The notes under the pieces: model-generated
What the model saw: the letters and a program-made list of their open reading frames with translations, nothing else
Told to the model about the DNA's origin: nothing
Database searches by the model: none
Made by a program: the position numbers and the translations under genes
Part shown: in pieces, positions 6,666 to 13,032 of the stretch
Layout: each line of letters begins with the position of its first letter
How positions within the stretch are numbered: position 1 is the first letter of the stretch
Assembly (NCBI GenBank): GCA_020637895.1
Contig: JACKJP010000008.1
Location: forward strand, 20,582 to 44,581
Source of the DNA: Rhodobiaceae bacterium
GTDB taxonomy: Bacteria; Pseudomonadota; Alphaproteobacteria; Rhizobiales; Tepidamorphaceae
Reading direction: 5' to 3'
DNA length: 24,000 bases

Positions 6666-7418
6666 TCAGATGAGGGGGCGACCCTTCTCCACGATGCCGT
6701 CCCAACCGGAAAGGACGAGCAGGGCCTCCGGCTTGAGGATCGAACAGCCACGCGGCTCCCAGCGGATATATCCGCGCGCGGCGAGTTTGCGCAGCGTGCG
6801 ATTGGTGTGGACGCTGGACAGGCCCAGCGTATCGGCAATGTGGGTCTGGGTGATGGGGATCCGCTTTTCGACGTCTCCGTTGAGGTTGAGCGCGTCCATA
6901 CGCTGATGCAGGAACGAAAGAAGATAAGCGGCCCGTTCCGCAGCGGTACGGCGGCCGATGCTCAGAAGATGATCGTCCAGCATGCTTTCTTCACGCGCCG
7001 CGAGCCATGTGACGTCATAGGCGAGGGATGGGTGGTTCTGGAAAAGCCGGTGCAGGCGCTCGCGCTCGAAAACACAAAGGACCACCGGCTGCAGCGCTTC
7101 TACCGAATGCTGCATTTCGCCGAGCACGGGCCCCTGCAGGCCGATCAGATCGCCGGGCAGAACGTAATTGAGGATTTGCCGGCGGCCGTCTTCAAGCGTC
7201 TTGTAGCGAAAGCCCCAGCCGGAAAGGACGGTGTAGAGGTGGGCGCTGTGCGCGCCTTCGACGAGGATGGTAGCGCCGCCGTCAACGCGCAATTCGCCCG
7301 TCTTGAACTCGCGCATGAAGGCGAGTTCCTTGTCATTGAATTCGCGGAAAGTGTCGAGCGGACGAAGAGGGCATTCCTCGCACGCCACGCAGCCGCTTTT
7401 CCTCATTGGCGCAATCAT
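6666..7418 (-). CDS. Crp/Fnr-family transcriptional regulator with FNR-like cysteine pattern
   Basis: I take Met-60 of the 309-aa ORF as the start, giving MIAPMRKSGCVACEECPL... The RBS is cGGAGcgtcggcgATG. The longer ORF would overlap ecfG. There is a cNMP-binding-type beta-roll (LYTVLSGWGFRYKTLEDGRRQILNYVLPGDLIG) and a C-terminal HTH (ITQTHIADTLGLSSVHTNRTLRKL). Cysteines fall at positions 10, 13, 16 and 115. Confidence 0.8.
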   Translation of the reverse strand: MIAPMRKSGCVACEECPLRPLDTFREFNDKELAFMREFKTGELRVDGGATILVEGAHSAHLYTVLSGWGFRYKTLEDGRRQILNYVLPGDLIGLQGPVLGEMQHSVEALQPVVLCVFERERLHRLFQNHPSLAYDVTWLAAREESMLDDHLLSIGRRTAAERAAYLLSFLHQRMDALNLNGDVEKRIPITQTHIADTLGLSSVHTNRTLRKLAARGYIRWEPRGCSILKPEALLVLSGWDGIVEKGRPLI

Positions 7419-7491
7419 CGCCGACGCTCCGAATAGGCTTTGCGGCCGCTGTGGCAGCCAGAACCAGGCCTGGACAGGCCCGGTCTGTCCT

Positions 7492-8070
7492 TCATGCGGC
7501 GAAGATTTTGGAAACGACAGCAGCGGTGCCGGCATCCGGGCCAAAATCGCCGTCGCCATTGACGCTGAGAATTTCCTGAAGCCTGCTCCGGGCACGGCTC
7601 ACACGGCTCTTGATCGTTCCCGTGGCGCAGCCGCAGATCTCTGCGGCTTCCTCATAGGCAAACCCGGATGCGCCGACCAGAATGATGGCTTCGCGCTGAT
7701 CGTCGGGCAGCGTGTCGAGAGCCTTGCGGAAATCCTGAAGATCGAGCGCGCCATATTGCGATGGGTGCGTGGACAGCTTTTCGGTCAGGATGCCGTCGGC
7801 ATCCGAAACCTCACGGCCGCGCTTGCGCATCTGGCTGTAAAATTCGTTGCGCAGGATCGTGAAGAGCCATGCCTTCATGTTGGTGTCGGGCTGATAGCTC
7901 GTCTGCTTCGCCCACGCCTTCATGATGGTTTCCTGGACCAGATCGTCGGCCTTGTCGTGCCGCCCGCAGAGCGACATCGCAAAGGCACGCAGTCCCGGTA
8001 GCAGACTGAGCATCTCGCGCTTGAAATCATTCTGGCGCTGGGGGGTCGTCGGACCGTCACTCGTTTCCAT
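7492..8070 (-). CDS. ecfG: EcfG-type ECF sigma factor (general stress response sigma)
   Basis: 192 aa. Sigma-70 region 2 is DDLVQETIMKAWAKQTSYQPDTNMKAWLFTILRNEFYSQMRKR. Region 4 is LPDDQREAIILVGASGFAYEEAAEICGCATGTIKSRVSRARSRL. It starts 9 nt downstream of a NepR-like ORF and is divergent from phyR. Confidence 0.9.
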   Translation of the reverse strand: METSDGPTTPQRQNDFKREMLSLLPGLRAFAMSLCGRHDKADDLVQETIMKAWAKQTSYQPDTNMKAWLFTILRNEFYSQMRKRGREVSDADGILTEKLSTHPSQYGALDLQDFRKALDTLPDDQREAIILVGASGFAYEEAAEICGCATGTIKSRVSRARSRLQEILSVNGDGDFGPDAGTAAVVSKIFAA

Positions 8071-8079
8071 GACGCCCTC

Positions 8080-8307
8080 TTACCTGCGGGTGTTAGGCGA
8101 AACTTCGCCCGTGCCGGCGCCTGAGGCCTGTTCAACCTCATCCAGCTTTTCAAGCAGGTCAAGGAACCGATCGGGGATCGCCTCCTGCTCCAGAGACGAA
8201 TATAGCGCTTGCAGCTTTCGGCTGATCGCGTCGTTCGGGTTCTCGGTCAAGGGGGCACGGCGAGCCTTTGACGAACCAGCCTTGTTATCGTCATCCATCA
8301 GTCGCAT
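8080..8307 (-). CDS. nepR: NepR-family anti-sigma factor
   Basis: About 75 aa counted from the internal Met: MRLMDDDNKAGSSKARRAPLTENPNDAISRKLQALYSSLEQEAIPDRFLDLLEKLDE... It carries the NepR core (I...L..LY.....E.IPDRF..LL..L). The ORF-track start at 8418 lies upstream of the predicted promoter, so it is rejected. A start at 8298 is also possible. Confidence 0.8.
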   Translation of the reverse strand: MRLMDDDNKAGSSKARRAPLTENPNDAISRKLQALYSSLEQEAIPDRFLDLLEKLDEVEQASGAGTGEVSPNTRR

Positions 8308-8349
8308 TTTTCCGCAAACAGTTTCCCAGTCCGGTGATAATGCCCTAAA

Positions 8350-8374
8350 AATGCTCGGCGAACGCAAAAGTTCC
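8350..8374 (-). promoter_or_regulatory. EcfG-type promoter variant (GGAAC-N16-CATT) for nepR-ecfG (autoregulation)
   Basis: The minus strand reads GGAAC (8374->8370), then 16 nt, then CATT (8353->8350). It lies about 43 nt upstream of the nepR ATG at 8307. Confidence 0.55.
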
Positions 8375-8382
8375 AATCGCGC

Positions 8383-8407
8383 GGAACTTTTTTTAAGTCC
8401 GTGCATT
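8383..8407 (+). promoter_or_regulatory. EcfG-type promoter variant (GGAAC-N16-CATT) for phyR
   Basis: GGAAC (8383-8387), then 16 nt, then CATT (8404-8407). It is 43 nt upstream of the phyR ATG at 8450. Its -35 element is only 8 bp from the divergent nepR -35 element. Confidence 0.55.
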
Positions 8408-8449
8408 TCCCATCCCAAGGCGTGTCACGTCCACGAGGGAGAATTGTGT

Positions 8450-9244
8450 ATGACATTATCAACCCGCATTGCCGCTCATCTGCCGTATCTGCGTCGGTAT
8501 GCACGGGCGGTTGCCGGTTCCCAGACTTCCGGCGACGCTTATGTCGCGGCAACGCTGGAAGCACTCATTGCCGACATTTCGATATTCCCCGAAACCGGCA
8601 ATGATCGGGTCTCGCTGTACAAACTCTTTGCAGCGTTGTTCGGTTCCACCTCGATCGATGTGAGCCCGGCCCCATCGCCCTTCGCGTGGGAGCAACGCGC
8701 TGCAGCCAACCTTCAATCCATTCCGCCGATCGCAAGACAGGCGTTCCTTCTGGTTTCGGTGGAGGGATTTTCGGTCGACGAGACTTCGTCAATCCTGAAT
8801 GTCTCGCCAGAGCGCGTAAACCAGCTGCTCACCGAAGCGTCGCAGGAGATTTCACGCCAGGTCGCAACGGATATCCTGATCATCGAGGACGAACCGCTGA
8901 TCGCCATGGATATCGAGGCGATGGTCGAGAGCCTCGGTCATCGGGTGACCGGCATCGCCAGGACCCATACGGAAGCGGTGAAGCTGTTCAATGCCGACCG
9001 GCCCAAGATGGTGCTTGCCGACATCCAGCTGGCCGACGGAAGTTCAGGCATCGATGCGGTGAACGACATTCTGAAGACGAGCGAGATCCCCGTCATCTTC
9101 ATTACGGCGTTCCCGGAAAGGCTGCTCACCGGGGAGCGTCCAGAGCCGACATTCCTCGTCACCAAGCCCTTCAACGCCGATATGGTGAAGGCGCTTATCA
9201 GCCAGGCGCTCTTCTTCAACGATACGTCGGAACGCGCTGCTTAA
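8450..9244 (+). CDS. phyR: PhyR anti-anti-sigma response regulator (sigma-like domain + receiver)
   Basis: 264 aa from an internal Met with RBS GAGGGAG 8 nt upstream. The N-terminal ECF-sigma-like domain is MTLSTRIAAHLPYLRRYARAVAG...ARQAFLLVSVEGFSVDETSSILNVSPERVNQLL. The C-terminal receiver is ILIIEDEPLIAMDIE...MVLADIQLADGSSG...IFITAFPE..KPF. Confidence 0.9.
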   Translation: MTLSTRIAAHLPYLRRYARAVAGSQTSGDAYVAATLEALIADISIFPETGNDRVSLYKLFAALFGSTSIDVSPAPSPFAWEQRAAANLQSIPPIARQAFLLVSVEGFSVDETSSILNVSPERVNQLLTEASQEISRQVATDILIIEDEPLIAMDIEAMVESLGHRVTGIARTHTEAVKLFNADRPKMVLADIQLADGSSGIDAVNDILKTSEIPVIFITAFPERLLTGERPEPTFLVTKPFNADMVKALISQALFFNDTSERAA

Positions 9245-9279
9245 AGTCCGCGTCATCAAAAATTGCCTAAACTGATGAA

Positions 9280-9307
9280 GGGCGCGGAATCCAACCCGCG
9301 CCCTTTT
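9280..9307 (+). terminator. Rho-independent terminator after phyR
   Basis: gggcgcgg (9280-9287) / ccgcgccc (9296-9303), with an 8-nt loop, followed by TTTT (9304-9307). Confidence 0.75.
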
Positions 9308-9385
9308 GCGTTTGCGCGCAAAAATCCAGAAAAGAGCCAAATTTCTGACAGCTTATCTGCGTTTTCCAATCTGGCGATAGATTGG

Positions 9386-9410
9386 GGAACCTTCGCTTTC
9401 GAGCTCCGTT
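9386..9410 (+). promoter_or_regulatory. EcfG-type promoter for the DUF1328 gene
   Basis: GGAAC (9386-9390), then 16 nt, then CGTT (9407-9410). It is 35 nt before the ATG at 9445. Confidence 0.7.
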
Positions 9411-9444
9411 ATTTACCGTGATCGATTTCGTGAAGGAGGCAGAG

Positions 9445-9609
9445 ATGCTTTATTACGCTCTTATTTTTCTAGTCGTCGCCATCGTGGCAGGTGTCCTCGG
9501 ATTCGGCGGTATCGCCGGTGCATCCGCAGGTATCGCGCAGATCCTGTTCTATCTGTTCCTGCTGTTCCTGGTAGTTTCGCTGGTTGTCGGCTTCATCCGT
9601 CGCGCCTAA
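9445..9609 (+). CDS. DUF1328 family small membrane protein (YtjA-like, 54 aa)
   Basis: Internal Met with RBS gAAGGAGGcagagATG. The sequence [54 protein letters not shown] fits the DUF1328 pattern (..A..LGFGG.AG.A..IA). Confidence 0.8.
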   Translation: MLYYALIFLVVAIVAGVLGFGGIAGASAGIAQILFYLFLLFLVVSLVVGFIRRA

Positions 9610-9626
9610 CCGGTAAACGACCATGC

Positions 9627-9658
9627 AAAAAGGGCCGGCTCAACGAGCCGGCCCTTTT
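9627..9658. terminator. Bidirectional rho-independent terminator shared by the DUF1328 gene and csbD
   Basis: A 10-bp GC-rich stem, gggccggctc (9632-9641) / gagccggccc (9645-9654), has a 3-nt loop. It is flanked by A5 (9627-9631) and T4 (9655-9658). Confidence 0.8.
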
Positions 9659-9681
9659 CTATTGGATCAGTGCAACGACAG

Positions 9682-9879
9682 TCAGTGCTTCGACAGCCAG
9701 GCGTCGATCTCACGTTCGGCCTCTTCCTGAGTCTTGCCATATTGCTCCTGAATTCGCCCTGCGAGTTGCTTGCGGTTGCCAGCGACGACGTCGAGGTCGT
9801 CACCGGTGAGCTTGCCCCACTGCTTCTGGACGCTTCCCTTGAATTGCTCCCAGTTACCTTCGATCTGATTCCAGTTCAT
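9682..9879 (-). CDS. csbD: CsbD-family general stress protein (65 aa)
   Basis: Internal Met-59 of the 123-aa ORF, with RBS ggcaGGAGGccgattgagATG. The sequence MNWNQIEGNWEQFKGSVQKQWGKLTGDDLDVVAGNRKQLAGRIQEQYGKTQEEAEREIDAWLSKH is a textbook CsbD pattern. Confidence 0.88.
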   Translation of the reverse strand: MNWNQIEGNWEQFKGSVQKQWGKLTGDDLDVVAGNRKQLAGRIQEQYGKTQEEAEREIDAWLSKH

Positions 9880-9947
9880 CTCAATCGGCCTCCTGCCTGT
9901 TCTGGTCCCGGTTCGGCCTGTTTGGGCCCGTCCGGAATACCCGCTTA

Positions 9948-9972
9948 AACGCGGACCTTTGCGTCCTGTTCC
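9948..9972 (-). promoter_or_regulatory. EcfG-type promoter for csbD
   Basis: The minus strand reads GGAAC (9972->9968), then 16 nt, then CGTT (9951->9948). It is 69 nt upstream of the ATG at 9879. Confidence 0.7.
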
Positions 9973-10017
9973 CAACCGATAGCAGGCTCTCAGGTGGGCA
10001 AATGAAAAACGAGATCG

Positions 10018-10043
10018 GGAACATAATTGGGCCTCATTTCGTT
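10018..10043 (+). promoter_or_regulatory. EcfG-type promoter for the 109-aa unknown ORF
   Basis: GGAAC (10018-10022), then 17 nt, then CGTT (10040-10043). It is 31 nt before the ATG at 10074 and back-to-back with the csbD promoter, 45 bp between the -35 elements. Confidence 0.7.
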
Positions 10044-10073
10044 TAGTGGGCACAGGAGGCGAAGGAGACGAAG

Positions 10074-10403
10074 ATGGAACCCGTCACAGCACTGATGCTG
10101 CTCATTACATGCAACGATGACATGCGCGTGTGCCGCGAAGCAGCACGTTCGGCGCAGGAATATGTAAGCGTTGCGGCTTGTGAGGAAGGGCTTGAAAAAG
10201 CGCTGAAGCGTGTGGACGACGGTCCGCAGCGCATCGGCCAGTGTCTGCCCATCGCCGCCGGTCACAGCCCTTCGGAAGTTTCCCTCATCTGGCACATGTC
10301 TAGACGGGGAGAACTGTATGCCGAGCTTCGTCCGATCAACGGCGTCGACAGCGGCCCGACAAGGCTGGCCGGAACCGTCTCCAGCGACAGCACCGCGCGC
10401 TGA
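10074..10403 (+). CDS. Hypothetical 109-aa Cys-containing protein, possible lipoprotein
   Basis: Double SD-like RBS (cacAGGAGGcgAAGGAGacgaagATG). The sequence starts MEPVTALMLLITCNDDMRVCREAARSAQEYVSVAACEEGLEKALKRVDDGPQRIGQCLP... It has a short hydrophobic N-terminus ending in a lipobox-like L-I-T-C, and 4 Cys in the first 57 residues. I recognise no family. Confidence 0.55.
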   Translation: MEPVTALMLLITCNDDMRVCREAARSAQEYVSVAACEEGLEKALKRVDDGPQRIGQCLPIAAGHSPSEVSLIWHMSRRGELYAELRPINGVDSGPTRLAGTVSSDSTAR

Positions 10404-10431
10404 GCCCGACTTTCAAAAATTCCGGCATTTT

Positions 10432-10474
10432 CCTCTCCGTTCGATCTCGTATCGCGCGGGGAGGATTTGTATTG
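10432..10474 (+). terminator. Possible terminator after the 109-aa ORF
   Basis: The stem is cctctccg (10432-10439) / cggggagg (10457-10464), with one G-U pair and an inner cgat/atcg pairing. It is followed by atttgtatt, a U-poor tail, so this is only moderate. Confidence 0.4.
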
Positions 10475-10577
10475 AGACCAGCTAGCGAGCGCTTGATGCG
10501 TCGATGCTTCCGGTCAGCACTTTGGGTTTGCAACAGTCGGGCGGCACGCACCTTCCCGGCAGGATCAGGGGGTTAAG

Positions 10578-11660
10578 GTGGCGCGCCGTCCCTATTTCGA
10601 TGCGCGGCTTCGTCCGCGCACCGGGTTCGAGATCGTGCTGGAGCGATCGGCAAGGCTGGCGCTTGTCGGTATAGGCCTCACCACGCTCGCGGTCGTTCTT
10701 TATCTTGCCAAGGTGGTGTTCGCGCCGATCGCACTTGCGGTCGTCATCGGGCTGATGTTCGGTCCTCTGGCTACACGCGTGGAAAGGCTGGGCATACCGC
10801 CTGCGATTTCAGCGAGCCTGATCGTCATTATCTTTGTCGGCATTATCGCGGCGTTTATTGCCGCCTTTGCCGTGCCGCTTTCCAACTGGGTCGAGCGGTT
10901 GCCGGAAATCTGGCGCAGGCTGCAGGCAATCGTCCGTGACTGGCAGGGCGTCATTTCCTCAATCGGCGCTGCCCAGAAAGAACTGCGCGGACTGACGGGC
11001 AGCGATGCTGCGATGAGCGTCAAGGTGGAAGAGGGGGGCGCGGTCGAAAGCGTTGCCATCCTCGCGCCTGCAATCGTCGCGCAGTTCATCATATTCGTGG
11101 CCAGCCTGTATTTTTACGTGGCCTCACGCGACACCTTCCGTTTCGCGGTGCTGCGGCTTTGCATCAACCGCCGCCTCCGCTGGCGCATCGCGCATGTCTT
11201 TCGCGATGTTGAGCGCCTCGTGTCGCGCTATCTTCTGTCGATCACGCTGGTGAATATCGGGCTTGGTGCGGTCGTCGCACTGGCATTGTGGTCCGTGGGC
11301 GTGGAGTCGGCGCTGCTATGGGGCGTGCTGGCCGGCGTTCTCAACTATGTCATCTATGTCGGCCCGGCGATCATGGTCGTTATTCTGGCAGGCGTCGGTC
11401 TTGCCGGATTCGACGGCAGCGCGGTGCTGCTGCCACCGGCAATCTATCTGTTCTGCAATTTCCTGGAGGCCCAATTCGTCACGCCCTACGTGATCGGGCG
11501 CAACGTGACGCTCAACCCGTTCGTCGTCTTTCTGTCGATCGTGTTCTGGCTGTGGCTGTGGGGCCCGATCGGCGGCTTTGTGGCGGTGCCGCTGGTGCTG
11601 ATCTTCTATACGATCTTCGTCAATATCGTGCCGGTGGAGCGCACTACGGCTGGACGATAA
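10578..11660 (+). CDS. AI-2E family transporter (PerM/YhhT-like permease)
   Basis: 360 aa with a GTG start and RBS cAGGGGGttaagGTG. It is polytopic, with about 8 TM helices and a long loop between TM3 and TM4. The C-terminal part FVTPYVIGRNVTLNPFVVFLSIVFWLWLWGPIGGFVAVPL is typical of the AI-2E/UPF0118 family. Confidence 0.8.
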   Translation: MARRPYFDARLRPRTGFEIVLERSARLALVGIGLTTLAVVLYLAKVVFAPIALAVVIGLMFGPLATRVERLGIPPAISASLIVIIFVGIIAAFIAAFAVPLSNWVERLPEIWRRLQAIVRDWQGVISSIGAAQKELRGLTGSDAAMSVKVEEGGAVESVAILAPAIVAQFIIFVASLYFYVASRDTFRFAVLRLCINRRLRWRIAHVFRDVERLVSRYLLSITLVNIGLGAVVALALWSVGVESALLWGVLAGVLNYVIYVGPAIMVVILAGVGLAGFDGSAVLLPPAIYLFCNFLEAQFVTPYVIGRNVTLNPFVVFLSIVFWLWLWGPIGGFVAVPLVLIFYTIFVNIVPVERTTAGR

Positions 11661-12849
11661 AATCCGTGCCCTTGCCGGTTTCGCGGCCAAGTCCGGCATC
11701 CGAGATGATCAGGCTGGTTGCCGGTGTCAGGAGAAGCGAGATGCGTCGGTAAATGTCGGCGGGAATGTCGATACGCTCGAGTGCTTCGGCCGGCGTCGAC
11801 TGCTCGCCTTCGGTCATCGTCAGCGCTGTCCAGTTGGCGCGTCTGGCGGTTGCGCTGAAATTACCGGCGGAGAAGACATGCGTGCCGAGCGGTGCATCGG
11901 GATTTCGGATGTCGACCGGCGCGTCGAAGAGATCGACATAATCCTGACGGACATAGATGTGCCCGGAAATTTCCTTGCGGCCGACGGCGGCGTAAAGCTG
12001 GCCATACAGCTCCTCTGTCAGCATTCCGGTCGGCTGCAGGCCGAGATCCCTCTGAAATGCCTGAATGGCGCGCCCGGTATCGGGTCCCATATAGCCATCG
12101 ATATCGCCGGGTTTGTAGCCGAGCTCGGCAAGCATTCCCTGTAGATCCATCAGGCGCTCGCGACCGGTGCGGCGGGTGATCAGGATGCGCAGCGGCGAAT
12201 TCGATACGCGGACGATCGGCGCGTCGAGGCGGCGGGCGCCATAGGCGCCTTCGGCGGGCGTCGGCTCTGTCGCCGCGAGGCTGCCGGCATCGCCGATGGA
12301 GGCGAGTACTGCCGCCTGCGAGGGCTGGAACAGGGCAGGATGGACGATGGATTGCGGCCTCGCATCGCCGGCAACGACGATGACATCCGTTCCGATGCCG
12401 GTCATCTGGAACAGCTCGATGGCGAATTCACGTGGCAGACGGATGCAGCCGTGGGAGGCATAGGGACGTGAGACATTGCCTTCGTGCAGCGCAATGCCCG
12501 ACCATGTCAGCCGTTGCATGAAGGGCATGGGCGCGGCGCTGTAAATGTTGGAACGGTGCCACTTGGCCTTGGTCAGGATGGAATAGACGCCGTTCGGTGT
12601 GCTGTAGCCTTCCTGACCGCTCGAAACCGTCGACGACGTGACGAGCGCGTCGCCGCGATAGACGTCCATCCGCTGTGCCGAGAGCGAGACGATCAGGCGA
12701 AGCGGTTCTGCCGGGGGCTGTGCTTCCGCGACGGGTTTGGTGCCTTCAGTGCCGGCAGCCGTTGCCGGAATGGCGATGCTGAACATTGCTGCCGCGATTG
12801 CAGCACACAAGGCGCCGCGCCACAGCGGCTTCTTCACGCTCTTGACCAT
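11644..12849 (-). CDS. L,D-transpeptidase (YkuD domain) with peptidoglycan-binding domain
   Basis: 401 aa with a signal peptide (ALCAAIAAAMFSIAIPATAAG). The YkuD catalytic motif is GIALHEG....PYASHGCIRLP. The PG_binding_1-like segment is LGYKPGDIDGYMGPDTGRAIQAFQRDLGLQPTGMLTEE. Confidence 0.85.
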   Translation of the reverse strand: MVKSVKKPLWRGALCAAIAAAMFSIAIPATAAGTEGTKPVAEAQPPAEPLRLIVSLSAQRMDVYRGDALVTSSTVSSGQEGYSTPNGVYSILTKAKWHRSNIYSAAPMPFMQRLTWSGIALHEGNVSRPYASHGCIRLPREFAIELFQMTGIGTDVIVVAGDARPQSIVHPALFQPSQAAVLASIGDAGSLAATEPTPAEGAYGARRLDAPIVRVSNSPLRILITRRTGRERLMDLQGMLAELGYKPGDIDGYMGPDTGRAIQAFQRDLGLQPTGMLTEELYGQLYAAVGRKEISGHIYVRQDYVDLFDAPVDIRNPDAPLGTHVFSAGNFSATARRANWTALTMTEGEQSTPAEALERIDIPADIYRRISLLLTPATSLIISDAGLGRETGKGTDFIVQP

Positions 12850-13032
12850 CCGGCCGGCCCCCCTTAGGCCCGTTCGACAGCATTGCGTTGCACAATGTTA
12901 ACCGCAATGCGTAGCGTCAGTGAAGGTCAGGCTAGCCGATTCGTATTACATTACGCTTAATTTGCGGAGAATTCGGCACCCAAACTGCGCCGGTCAGCAT
13001 AGAATGGCGCCCAAAAGCTGGAGGAACAGGCA

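Noticed and set aside
6911-6937. GGAAC-N18-CGTT on the plus strand.
   Set aside because: The spacer is one nucleotide too long. The site lies inside the Crp/Fnr coding region on the opposite strand, and no downstream plus-strand gene exists.
6177-7436. 419-aa plus-strand ORF antisense to the lipid kinase and Crp/Fnr genes.
   Set aside because: It is a typical high-GC shadow ORF, Arg/Gly/Ala-rich with no RBS. It lies fully opposite two ORFs that have clear family motifs.
7419-7595. An N-terminal extension of the Crp/Fnr ORF that overlaps the 3' end of ecfG.
   Set aside because: It shows no Crp-family similarity. An internal Met at 7418 has a GGAG RBS and gives the usual ~250-aa length.
7922-8449. 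A 176-codon N-terminal extension of the phyR ORF, which the track gives as 7922..9244 (440 aa).
   Set aside because: The extension runs antisense through ecfG and nepR and upstream of the phyR promoter motif. The PhyR-like sequence and a good RBS begin at 8450.
9229-9254. GGAAC-N17-CGTC spanning the phyR stop codon.
   Set aside because: The -10 element lacks the conserved TT. The phyR terminator follows it, and the downstream gene has its own canonical motif at 9386.
9880-10053. A 58-codon extension of the csbD ORF.
   Set aside because: It would cover the csbD promoter motif itself. The CsbD domain and a GGAGG RBS start at 9879.
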